In this document: positions 25,549 through 35,166 of the stretch, piece by piece
Layout: every line of letters starts with the position of its first letter
How positions within the stretch are numbered: position 1 is the stretch's first letter
NCBI GenBank assembly: GCA_015063385.1
Contig: SVUG01000005.1
Span: 5,043-69,042 of the forward strand
Direction: 5' to 3'
Origin: Oscillospiraceae bacterium
Lineage (GTDB): Bacteria; Bacillota; Clostridia; Oscillospirales; CAG-272
DNA length: 64,000 nucleotides
Notes under the pieces: model-generated
Told to the model about the DNA's origin: nothing
What the model saw: the letters and a program-made list of their open reading frames with translations, nothing else
The model's database searches: none
Made by a program: the position numbers and the translations under genes

Positions 25549-27237
25549 TTATATCAATTTGTCTTTTATCATTGAGTTGATTTTTTCTCTGACGGACAGC
25601 AGCTCTGCTGCGGTGTGGACGTAAGAGTTATGAACCACGGGGTATCCTACGGTGTCCTCTATCGCTTTGAGCGTGCTTTCTCTGCCGCAAAGGCTCTCAC
25701 ACAGCTCAAGGGCGCGCATATCGTCTATACCCGCCTTGAAGCTGATTAGTCTCAGAGATTCCAAACAAGAGCCGTCGCGCGCGGGATAAACAGAAAAAGC
25801 ATCGCCCGCGGGAAGCCACGCCTCGCCCGATAGCTCAAGATAGGGGTTAATCGGATACAAGGAGTCACAATTATTATAGAAATTGTATCCCCAGTGCAAG
25901 AATCCTGCTATATTATGCGAATAGAGCTGCATACCTATAGATCTCGTGCGACAGGAGGGTGCTGCTATCAGATGACCTGCATACAGGGGCTGAACGCAAT
26001 AGTACGTCCATAAGCCTTTGACGTTGGCCTCAAGGAACGGCTCAATACGTCCAATAGAAACCACGGGAGTGCCGAGAATACCCTCCGAGTAAAACTCAAA
26101 GTCGGACATTGCATCCATAATTTTGTAGTCGGATACACACTCCTTGACGACGTCCGTTGCCTGCTTGTAGATTTCTATATGCTCGCCGGTCGGCTCGTCG
26201 GAAATATGGAAGCTGCATCGCTTATCGTCGCCGCGGTTTTTCATATGCGATATAAAATCAGAGAGGAAGGCACGGAGAAATCTGTGATATTCCTTGTCGG
26301 TAGATGAGGTTTCCCAGCCAAAGAAGCGCTTGTACTCTCCGTTTTCATATCCCATAATCTTCGGCGCGTGCGCAGCACCGCCCTGGGTAAAGAGATGAGA
26401 AATCTCAAAATATTCAATTCCAACCCTATCACACATATCGATAAAGCGATCGAGAAGCGAATATTCAAAATAGTATTCTCCCTCTCGCCTTTCCACTCGC
26501 ACGAGCTGTGCGGTGAGCCTTTCCCCGCCCTTCAGGGTATCCAGTGGCGGTGTGAAAACGGGAGTAAGGAGCATATTTATACCGTTTTTGACTGCTATTT
26601 TTACAAACCCTTCTACTATCTGCCAGTGCCTTTCCGACCACATCGGGACGTTATAATACATCGCCAGGCTATCGTAATGGAACCACTGGGTATATGCCAG
26701 CCTCTGCTTTGGCAGAATAGCGTTTATAACCTCTATAGACACGCGGGCGGTAGCCATGCGCTTGCCATCAAGCTTGGGACTGTAAAAGGAAACTATGAAA
26801 TCGCCCTCTCCGATAATACCGGTGTCATTCTCGGGGATTTCTATATCCAACAGCAGTGCCTCAAGGCTATCTGCATTAGGCCTGACCGCGCCGTCGGTAG
26901 TCATCGGCAAGAGCACGTCGGGATAAAGACCGGGCGTTGTGCGCAAAAGTCCCTCATCGTTTAAGGTCCTGAGCGTAGGCTTGTAAACGGGAACGGATTT
27001 TATCTGATGAAGCCTTGCATACTTTGCCAGCCGACCGGATAGCTTCACCTCGAACCGATCCTTTAAGACGTCGTTTATACAAATCGAGTCGTTTTCATCG
27101 GGAATGTACGAATAAAGTATCTGCAACGTAAGCCTTTCGCCACGCAAAGCGCTGATATAGTCAAGCGAATCGTAGCTTTCTATTTTTTCATCAAGGAAGG
27201 GCTTTTCGAGCCCCGATACTATTTTAATGTTTAGCAT
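25549..27237 (-). CDS. DUF4091 / GH123-like glycoside hydrolase, no signal peptide
   Basis: 562 aa. The N-terminus MLNIKIVSGLEKPFLDE is typical of DUF4091 proteins, and there is a central HISDEP block (candidate Asp-Glu catalytic pair). The family call is from memory. Confidence 0.6.
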   Translation of the reverse strand: MLNIKIVSGLEKPFLDEKIESYDSLDYISALRGERLTLQILYSYIPDENDSICINDVLKDRFEVKLSGRLAKYARLHQIKSVPVYKPTLRTLNDEGLLRTTPGLYPDVLLPMTTDGAVRPNADSLEALLLDIEIPENDTGIIGEGDFIVSFYSPKLDGKRMATARVSIEVINAILPKQRLAYTQWFHYDSLAMYYNVPMWSERHWQIVEGFVKIAVKNGINMLLTPVFTPPLDTLKGGERLTAQLVRVERREGEYYFEYSLLDRFIDMCDRVGIEYFEISHLFTQGGAAHAPKIMGYENGEYKRFFGWETSSTDKEYHRFLRAFLSDFISHMKNRGDDKRCSFHISDEPTGEHIEIYKQATDVVKECVSDYKIMDAMSDFEFYSEGILGTPVVSIGRIEPFLEANVKGLWTYYCVQPLYAGHLIAAPSCRTRSIGMQLYSHNIAGFLHWGYNFYNNCDSLYPINPYLELSGEAWLPAGDAFSVYPARDGSCLESLRLISFKAGIDDMRALELCESLCGRESTLKAIEDTVGYPVVHNSYVHTAAELLSVREKINSMIKDKLI

Positions 27238-27272
27238 TTTTTCTACCTTTGATAATTATGGCGGCTTCATTT

Positions 27273-28565
27273 TTAAACGTCACCGCTATATATAGTTCTT
27301 TCTTGGTCAAAATCTTTTTTGCATCGCTTGAAATAATACACCGACAGTAAAATTACGGACAAGGTACAAACAAGTGACGCTATCTGCTGTGCGTATATTT
27401 CTTTACCGAAAAGGAAAATTCTTTGTTGTTGAACGTAATCGTAAAGAGGACTTACGAGAAGCGTTGTTAAAAAGGAAGCAATTCCTACCACGACGTTTAC
27501 CACGGAAAAGGCGGCAACGCGCTTATCCATCGGTACTATATCATATATCATATTATTGTAGCTGACCGTGTGCATCTGAGCATACAGAGCGTGCAGGAGC
27601 ATATATAACAAATACGTTATATGACCGTTATCTCTATTCGAGACAGCCAAAATGAAGAACGCGGCAATCGCTACGGGCCAGGCTGCACCGAAAATCTGGG
27701 TATTGGAATATCTTTTCGAGACTTTAGTCAATGCAAAGAGAACAAGTATTTGAAATACGTTCGTCACAGACGTAATCACGGAAACGTAGCCGAGAGAAAA
27801 TCCCAGCTCTTTGATTTGATAAGTTCCGGTAAAGGGAATGATAACGAACGTAGCACAGTGCCAAAGGCCGTACAAAATCAGCATCTTACGAAACGGCTTA
27901 TCGTGGAACAAAAAGTTAACGTGTTCTCTGATTTTGCTTTTTTCTTCATTTTTCTTCGGCTTTTCTTTGGATAAAAGCATAAGCAGCATATCCAAAAGCG
28001 CCATAACGAATATACCCACCGAAACAAATAAAAACGCCTGCTCTAGCCTTTGATTTTTATCAAAATAATCATAAAAAGCGCCTAAACCCAGGGTGAATAC
28101 CGTTCCGGTAATCGACGACACGAGAGACACGACCGCCTGAAATACAGAGCGCTCCGAGTTATCTACCATACTGAAGAACCAATTCATCTTCAGCGGTGTC
28201 ACGATGCTTATAGTCGCCTTTGATAAGAGGAGAGCGCCTACTATAATCAAGGCAACGTGCTTGTTTATCCTCAGCGTCGGAACAAGATAAATAAACGCGA
28301 GTGATGCAGTGGAAAGAAATGAAAAGGGGACTACCCAGGATTTTGCCGTAGACTTCGCCGCCAAGGGTATGCTAACCAGCTGGAACACGAAGCTTAACAT
28401 ATTAAACGTCGTAAGCACAGCCGTCAGGCCGTCGCTTATTCCCAGGCTGGTCGTAAGCTTGGCAAAATACGCCCCGCCGTTCAAAATCTGAATGAAATAC
28501 GTCAGTGCGACACTGATTATGTACGCCGTGCGCGACGCCTTAAAGCTGTCTTTTTCTGCTATCAT
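27273..28565 (-). CDS. MFS transporter
   Basis: 430 aa, about 12 hydrophobic segments with a central charged loop (KEKPKKNEEKSKIREH). Confidence 0.8.
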   Translation of the reverse strand: MIAEKDSFKASRTAYIISVALTYFIQILNGGAYFAKLTTSLGISDGLTAVLTTFNMLSFVFQLVSIPLAAKSTAKSWVVPFSFLSTASLAFIYLVPTLRINKHVALIIVGALLLSKATISIVTPLKMNWFFSMVDNSERSVFQAVVSLVSSITGTVFTLGLGAFYDYFDKNQRLEQAFLFVSVGIFVMALLDMLLMLLSKEKPKKNEEKSKIREHVNFLFHDKPFRKMLILYGLWHCATFVIIPFTGTYQIKELGFSLGYVSVITSVTNVFQILVLFALTKVSKRYSNTQIFGAAWPVAIAAFFILAVSNRDNGHITYLLYMLLHALYAQMHTVSYNNMIYDIVPMDKRVAAFSVVNVVVGIASFLTTLLVSPLYDYVQQQRIFLFGKEIYAQQIASLVCTLSVILLSVYYFKRCKKDFDQERTIYSGDV

Positions 28566-28594
28566 TTTTTATTAAATAATAAATCTCGGTATTT

Positions 28595-28616
28595 GAGGGG
28601 CTCAAGCGAGCCCCTC
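28595..28616 (-). other. GC-rich stem-loop between the 2180-aa gene and the MFS gene
   Basis: GAGGGGCTC-AAGC-GAGCCCCTC. No U-run follows on the minus strand, so this may be an RNA stability or partial-termination element. Confidence 0.4.
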
Positions 28617-28623
28617 ACGTTTT

Positions 28624-31600
28624 TTATTCTGCTGTAATTGCGCTGTAATAAGTATTGTCAAGGTAAATGCTGCCCTGAGTTTTTGCCGGAATATGCACTC
28701 GAATAAATCTTAGCGCGCTTGTGGTTTTGGTATTGGAGCCTGTGTAAAGAAGCTCACCGTTAACGTAGACTCTTATCTCGTTTCCGGTCGTGCTCATGTT
28801 TTTAAACTCGTATCTGATATTGAACCACTCGCCCTCGTTAAGCGACACCTGCTTATCTCCACACATCAGGCTATAGGTTGTAGTACTGTCCGAGTTACTG
28901 ACGACACAAAGCCTTGCCTGTGGCATACCGTTCCAGTGAGTAGCTATGCTGGCTGCCTGCGAATTGGAGCTGTAGAAAGCAAGGAACTCATAATTGTTAT
29001 CGGATCTGCCGCTTCCGGCACCCGTAAACATAATGTCGGTTTCGAAAACGTACTTGCTTCCCAAGGCGTCTGCTTGAATATTAAAATATGCTTCGGAGTT
29101 GTAGGCATTATTTGAAAGCTTGAGTGCAGAGTCACCGTCAACCAGCTCGACAGATGCGCTCATAGTAGCACCGTCCAAGGTGCCAGTGCCGCTAGTAATG
29201 AGCTTACCTGCTTCGCCAAGCGCGGTTGCCGTGGTGTCGGTATAGGTCAGGGTGTTATCGTTATCCGCATAAGCACCGTTGCCTCTGCCGGCAGTGGCAG
29301 GGGTATCGCCGGGCTGCTCAGGCTCATCTGCCACGGGGTCAAGCGCACCGAAGTAGACGTTATCAAGATGAAGTATACCGCTCGTCTTGTCGGGCATCCA
29401 TATTACCATAGATGCGAGCGACGAAGTCTTCTTGTCGGTCGTACCCGTATGAACGAGCGTTCCGTTCAGATAATACTTAACGTCGCCGCCGGTGGTGACG
29501 TCAGCTATGTCTATTCTGACGTTATACCACACCTCAGGAGTCAGCTCGATTTTAGTCGTATTGCCCTCGCCATTATTAACGCTCGCAACGAAGTAAAGCT
29601 TTCCGTCCTCTACGGTGATTGACGCACCTATGCCAAAGTACGCCGTGTTGGAGCTTTTCGTAGTAGAGCCCCAAAGCTGGAAGGCTATCTTGTCGGTTCT
29701 GCTGCTGCTCGCACGGTCAAGCTTTAGGTCTGCTTCGAGAACGTAGTGCTTGCCGCTGTTAGTCAAGGAATTGAGATAAATATATCCTGCCTTGCCGTAA
29801 GCGTTGCCAAGCTTGAGAGCGTTGTCATCGCCCTCGGGAGCAACCATTATACCTGCTGCAAATGCATCAACGTTTACCGCACTGTCAGCGCCGAGCTCGC
29901 CGCTTTCTATGAGATCGCCTGCGGTAGTATCGGTGAAGCCGAGAGAACCGTCCTTGTAATCACCTGTGCCGCGGTTAACGCTCGCGGAATTGTCGGTGCT
30001 ATCGGCAGGAATATCGGCTATCGCAACAGGAGTTATTACTGCGTCGTCCGCGTTGGGAATTACCGATGCGTCAATGCAGGTCTTGCCCGCTACGGTCTTG
30101 ACGAGTGCATAGCTCACGCTCTCGCCCTGAGTGATCTTTACCGCCTCCCAGGTATCGGGAGTGAGAGCTCTTACCGTAAGAGGATAGTTATAAATATTCT
30201 GATCAAGAGTATGAGTAAGAGTAAGCGTTATGGTATTCTCCGCGCTGACTGCCGTCACGGTAGCTGCGTGAGCCTCACGGGTGTAAAGCACGGCATCCTC
30301 GTAGAAGGCTACCCATACCTTGCCGTCGTTCTGAAGCCTTGCAACTGCCTCACATATGGTACGCAGATCCTTCTCGTACATCTGATTTGATGAAAGAGTA
30401 TCGTTGTTCGCCGCTAGCATATGAGTGAACAGCACTGCCATCTCACCGTTCTGTGTCTTCTCTATCGCGCTGAGTATTTCATCAACGTTCGAGCCGGAGA
30501 ACTGATAAGAGGGTGAAAATTTCCAATCAACGTTTTTGTCGGAGAGGCTGATATTCGCATTGCCGTAGGAATCTCTGCCTGCAATATAATAATTACCAAC
30601 CATCTCTTTCATTACCGCGGAGAATCTGTCGTCGCCGTACGTCGCCTTCTCGCTCCAGTATCCCGGATATGCATAAGTAAGCACGCGCTGGGACGGGAAC
30701 GCCTCGCGCAGAACGCTCTGCGAGGTAATAATCTCCTTGGTTATCAAGCCTGCGGAATCGTCAAGACCGGGGAAGTTGTGAGTCATGGAGTGCGAGCTGA
30801 GCTGCCATCTGCCCGTATCGAGATATCTTTGCCAGGTTGCAATTTTGCTCGCGTCAAGCACGCCGTCGGTATAAATTGCACCATTTGGATACATCGCAAT
30901 ATTTCCGCGAAGACCAAGCTCACGAAGCACCTCATCCATGATGTACATAGTACTTGATGCATCGTCGTGCATAAGAACGACTATACCGTCAGCACCGGTT
31001 GCAGTGGAGAGGATATTTGCACTGTTCTGAACGGTGTCGGCAGGATCGGGAGGAGTGATAACAACCTCATCGCCCGAGCCGCCCTCGTCACCCTCCTCCC
31101 CGGCGTCAAGCGCACCGAAGAAGGTGTTGTCAAGAGAAAGAGTTCCGAGTGCCTTCGTAGGAAGCCAAATTCTTATATACGAAAGAGCCGTACAGCTCTT
31201 TGTGGTAGCAAGAGTATTTATAAGCTCTCCGTTAAGATAATATTTTACTGCAGAGCCTGAAACAGAAACGTTTTCAAATTCAACCCTGAGGTTAAACCAC
31301 GTGCCCGCAGCAACCTGGTATTTTGCCGTGCCAATCTCTATGCTGATAACGCCGTCGTTGATACAAATTACAGGTCTGGTCCAGAACCAAGCAGTTGCAT
31401 CAGCGCTGCTGCCGGCAAGTATTTCGTAGAGCGCGCCGCCATCACGAGCACTGCTGTTGGCAATAACGGAGGAGTCAAGCATCATATCGGTTTCAAAGAC
31501 GTACTTTGTACCCGAGGTCGATGCCTTTATATTCAGATAACCCTGAGGTATATACTGATTATTTCCAAGAACGAGGGCGTTATCACCCGCCGCGGCTGCA

Positions 31601-34600
31601 ACCTTAATGAATATATTTTCTCCGTCAAGAGTTGCACCGTTGTTTGCTACGAGCTTACCTGCTTCTCCAAGGGCGGTTGCCGTAGTGTCGGTGTAGGTTA
31701 AAGTGTTCTCGTTGCTTGCGTAAGAGCCGCTGCCGCGAACGTACGTCGGGCCGGGAATTGCGGGAAGCTCAACCTTAGGCTCTTCCTGCTCGGGCTCGTC
31801 GGGCAAAATATCGCCCGTTGCCGCGAAGTAGGTGTTGTCAAGATACATTTTTCCGGTAGTATTCAAATTAAATCTAAGAAGCATATGGGAAGCTCCGCTT
31901 GCGGCTCTGGTATTTGCCGCAGAGTGAACGAGCTCACCGTTAAGGTAATACTTCACGAGACTGCCGCTTGCAAGTCCCTCAATTTCTATTCTCAGGTTGT
32001 ACCACTTGCTTGCTTCAAGAGCGCCCTCATAAGAATTGCCCTCTGCGTCAGTTCCTGCAAATGCAAGAGAATATGCGCCGTCTACAACTCTTATGCTACC
32101 CGAAGCACCGCCCCAGAAAATAGAATCAGAGGCATTCTGCGCGAGATAGAAGGAGAACAGATTGTTGTCGTCAGGACGCCATTCCGAGCCGCTCATAAGA
32201 GCAAAGTCGGTTTCAAATATATACGACGAGCCTGAGCGCTTTTCAGTGGGAAGAATGTAGAGCCACGGGTCACCCGTTCCGGTGGTTTTACCGTAATCAA
32301 GAGCCGCATCGCCCTTAATTCCAACTATTTTAGCGTATGCCATTCCCGAGATGTCACTTGGGTCGTAGGTCAGGCCGCTCGTGCCGAGCTTCTTGTCTAT
32401 GCTGAGAAGAGTAGCATTGGTGTCGGTGTACTGCACCGCGCTGTCCTTCTTGGTACCCGTGCCGCGTTTCGTCGCGTCGATAGCACCCGCTCCGACGATT
32501 TCCTCAATATTTACGGGAGGAATAATTACCGTATCGTCCTTAGGAAGATCCTTAACCGCGGAGAAATAAACGTTATCCATCAGAATCTGGCTCAGAGAGC
32601 TCTTGAGTCTGATACGTATCTGCATTCTTGCCAAAGCGTCGGAGGTGGCAGTGGTCAGTCTCTTCTGAACGAGAGTGTCGTTAATATAAATTCTTACCTC
32701 GCTGCCCTTCGTGCTTATATCCTGAATCTCTATACGGTAGTTATACCATACCTTCTGGTCGATAAACACGTTCTTGGCTGCGTCTACGTTGTAGCGCTGA
32801 ACTCCCTCGTAAACGTCAGCACTATATATGTGCGGGCTCGCAGAGAAGAATATTTTTCCGTTCTCGTCAGCGAAGAAGAATGAAAACAGTTGCTTGTCGT
32901 CCATCGAGGTCGTACCGTCTATGATACATATATCGGCTTCGAATACGTAGCTGTTAGCGTCGGTGGACTGAGCGTAAAGGTAGAGATACGGGTCACGCTG
33001 AGCTGATTTCTTAAAGGAAAGAATATTGGAGTAATCTCTGTCCTCTATAATAGTCGCATTAGTGGAGTAGTTGTAGTTATCAAACAAAAGCTGAGTAGGC
33101 TTATCAGTACCCAAAATGCCCTTGTTTACCATAGCGGTTGCCGTGGTTTTTTCAAAGTCGAGAGAATTCTCCTTGTACTTACCCTTGCCGTAATTGTCAC
33201 CGTTGTCAATCTCCAGATGAATATCCTGATCCACCTTAAGAGCGTGACCGAGATGAGCAAGGATATAGTTAAAGTGATACATATCAGCAGACGTGTATAT
33301 CGGCACCATGTTGCTTATGCCAAGGCAGGTATATATCAGAGATACAGTTCCTGAGGTACAGATATTAGTCGCGTTTACGTCACCCTCCTCGGTGTAAGGA
33401 AGTGCCGCAACGCAGCCCTGAGACTCATGTGCGGAATATTTGGGTGTGTAAGAGAATGAGCCGTCAGGCTTCATGAACGTAGCAAGCTTTTCTTTCGTTG
33501 CAGAGATAAGCTCTGCTGCCCTCTCGCGAAGATCGCTTCTTGCATTATCAACGATTGCTATGCCCTCCGGTCCGCCCGAAAGCGAGAGTATGCTGAATAT
33601 GTTGCTTATCGTAAACCAGGTGTTATAAATATCTACGCAAGCACCAACCTCCTCGTCGGAGCTGATGGCATCCATAGCCGCGCGAAGCGCCTTGTCGGAG
33701 TTGGGCATCATAACCTGTGCCGCCTCGTATACGCAGGAAATCTTCATTACGCCGTTTACTGCGTAATATTCAGAATAGGAGGGGTCGCTCTCGGATACGT
33801 AGTACCAGGTACCCGTTTCCTTGTTCTGCGCGTCGTTGAGGTGCTCTATCAAAATCTCTATGAGGTCATAATCCGCGCCCTCTCTTTGAAGCTCGTAATT
33901 GCGGGATCTTATCGTGTTGAAATATGATGCAAGAGTATTACCTGCTGCATAGGAATTATTCTTTACGTCAAGCGTGTTGAGGTAATTTCTGAAGCTCTCC
34001 TCATCGGCAAGATTTGCGTCGGTATTGGAGGCGGTCAGAATTGCCTCGGAAGCACCAACTGCAAAGCTTCTGGAAAGTCTTGCGGTTAGAGCCGCCGCGA
34101 GCTTCACACCCGAGCCCTTCACTCCGTTGGGAGTATCGTAAATGGGCTGAAGACCAAGTCTTTGAAGAATGCTCTCCGAACGCATAAGGTCACGGCCCTT
34201 ACGGCTGGTGCTGACTCCGTCACCCCACTGAGGATGATAGAAATATCCGCTCTCATCCTGAAGCGAGATAACGAATCTACCAATCTGGTCAAGAATTTCA
34301 TCGGGAAGGCTCTTGGTATAGTCGACGGTCATACCCGAGTTCTCAAGGAATGATAGTATCTGCTGCGTGCTTTCAACGTCAGGCAGATAGCCTTTAGTAT
34401 TTCTTGCGCTGTTAGAGTAATAGAAGCCGCCCGTGCCGCAGCTTGCGCCGCCTGCACATACGTCCGCAATGCACTGGCAGATTTCAGGCTCGTAAAGGTT
34501 TGCCATCCATACTATGAGGTCATCGCTGTAAATGGTATAAAGATCCTTGAGGGCGGAAACGATTTCCTCACCGTTCTCAAAGCTGCTTGCAATCACGCCC

Positions 34601-35166
34601 CACTGAGCCTCGCGCAAAATTTCGTCCTCTGCCGAGTAGAATTCAAATATATTAGCCGCGTCCTTGTGCACCACTCCGGGCTCAAGAACAAGCGCGTCAA
34701 CAACAAGATTCTTTACACAGTAATCAATCGCTGCGCGAACGCCTATGTAATCGTCATTTTCTTCAAAGGCTATTGCTATCGACTTTCCGTCGGTATATAT
34801 AAGCCATTTGACGTAGTTTTCCTCGTCGTCGGCAATCTCATCGGAGAGATAGAGGTCGGCAAGTCTTCTGTACGCCTCTATAGCAACAGGGCGGTTGGAC
34901 ATACCCACGACTATTTCATTTTCGTACGGAGTGCCGTCCTCTTCAGCCATCTTCACGTTAGTTTTCAGCGCCAGGGCGTTAGAAAACGTCGAGGCATATC
35001 CGCCCGAATACTCGCTGTCGAGGAAGCCGAGAGTTGAACCCTTGGAGTATATCGCCCCTTCAACAACCTCGGGTCCCTCGTCATTTCCTTTTATCAGGAA
35101 TATGGCGGTCACGACTCCGGCTATCGCCAGAATCAGCGCTACTATGATAATTGCAATTCTTCTCAT
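28624..35166 (-). CDS. giant membrane-anchored surface protein: N-domain + repeat-helical toroid-like domain + 5 LamG-like modules + CE4-like deacetylase insert
   Basis: 2180 aa with N-terminal signal anchor MRRIAIIIVALILAIAGVVTAIFLI. Blocks are shared with the 437-, 693- and 894-aa neighbours. LamG-like signature W[YF]N[LVIY]R[IV][ED]...[VI][KR][YV]Y[ILV]N[GD][ET]L...[LM]DN[TV][YF][FY] occurs five times. CE4-like motifs LMHDDAS, HSMTH, YAYPGY and LFTHML. Confidence 0.85.
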   Translation of the reverse strand: MRRIAIIIVALILAIAGVVTAIFLIKGNDEGPEVVEGAIYSKGSTLGFLDSEYSGGYASTFSNALALKTNVKMAEEDGTPYENEIVVGMSNRPVAIEAYRRLADLYLSDEIADDEENYVKWLIYTDGKSIAIAFEENDDYIGVRAAIDYCVKNLVVDALVLEPGVVHKDAANIFEFYSAEDEILREAQWGVIASSFENGEEIVSALKDLYTIYSDDLIVWMANLYEPEICQCIADVCAGGASCGTGGFYYSNSARNTKGYLPDVESTQQILSFLENSGMTVDYTKSLPDEILDQIGRFVISLQDESGYFYHPQWGDGVSTSRKGRDLMRSESILQRLGLQPIYDTPNGVKGSGVKLAAALTARLSRSFAVGASEAILTASNTDANLADEESFRNYLNTLDVKNNSYAAGNTLASYFNTIRSRNYELQREGADYDLIEILIEHLNDAQNKETGTWYYVSESDPSYSEYYAVNGVMKISCVYEAAQVMMPNSDKALRAAMDAISSDEEVGACVDIYNTWFTISNIFSILSLSGGPEGIAIVDNARSDLRERAAELISATKEKLATFMKPDGSFSYTPKYSAHESQGCVAALPYTEEGDVNATNICTSGTVSLIYTCLGISNMVPIYTSADMYHFNYILAHLGHALKVDQDIHLEIDNGDNYGKGKYKENSLDFEKTTATAMVNKGILGTDKPTQLLFDNYNYSTNATIIEDRDYSNILSFKKSAQRDPYLYLYAQSTDANSYVFEADICIIDGTTSMDDKQLFSFFFADENGKIFFSASPHIYSADVYEGVQRYNVDAAKNVFIDQKVWYNYRIEIQDISTKGSEVRIYINDTLVQKRLTTATSDALARMQIRIRLKSSLSQILMDNVYFSAVKDLPKDDTVIIPPVNIEEIVGAGAIDATKRGTGTKKDSAVQYTDTNATLLSIDKKLGTSGLTYDPSDISGMAYAKIVGIKGDAALDYGKTTGTGDPWLYILPTEKRSGSSYIFETDFALMSGSEWRPDDNNLFSFYLAQNASDSIFWGGASGSIRVVDGAYSLAFAGTDAEGNSYEGALEASKWYNLRIEIEGLASGSLVKYYLNGELVHSAANTRAASGASHMLLRFNLNTTGKMYLDNTYFAATGDILPDEPEQEEPKVELPAIPGPTYVRGSGSYASNENTLTYTDTTATALGEAGKLVANNGATLDGENIFIKVAAAAGDNALVLGNNQYIPQGYLNIKASTSGTKYVFETDMMLDSSVIANSSARDGGALYEILAGSSADATAWFWTRPVICINDGVISIEIGTAKYQVAAGTWFNLRVEFENVSVSGSAVKYYLNGELINTLATTKSCTALSYIRIWLPTKALGTLSLDNTFFGALDAGEEGDEGGSGDEVVITPPDPADTVQNSANILSTATGADGIVVLMHDDASSTMYIMDEVLRELGLRGNIAMYPNGAIYTDGVLDASKIATWQRYLDTGRWQLSSHSMTHNFPGLDDSAGLITKEIITSQSVLREAFPSQRVLTYAYPGYWSEKATYGDDRFSAVMKEMVGNYYIAGRDSYGNANISLSDKNVDWKFSPSYQFSGSNVDEILSAIEKTQNGEMAVLFTHMLAANNDTLSSNQMYEKDLRTICEAVARLQNDGKVWVAFYEDAVLYTREAHAATVTAVSAENTITLTLTHTLDQNIYNYPLTVRALTPDTWEAVKITQGESVSYALVKTVAGKTCIDASVIPNADDAVITPVAIADIPADSTDNSASVNRGTGDYKDGSLGFTDTTAGDLIESGELGADSAVNVDAFAAGIMVAPEGDDNALKLGNAYGKAGYIYLNSLTNSGKHYVLEADLKLDRASSSRTDKIAFQLWGSTTKSSNTAYFGIGASITVEDGKLYFVASVNNGEGNTTKIELTPEVWYNVRIDIADVTTGGDVKYYLNGTLVHTGTTDKKTSSLASMVIWMPDKTSGILHLDNVYFGALDPVADEPEQPGDTPATAGRGNGAYADNDNTLTYTDTTATALGEAGKLITSGTGTLDGATMSASVELVDGDSALKLSNNAYNSEAYFNIQADALGSKYVFETDIMFTGAGSGRSDNNYEFLAFYSSNSQAASIATHWNGMPQARLCVVSNSDSTTTYSLMCGDKQVSLNEGEWFNIRYEFKNMSTTGNEIRVYVNGELLYTGSNTKTTSALRFIRVHIPAKTQGSIYLDNTYYSAITAE

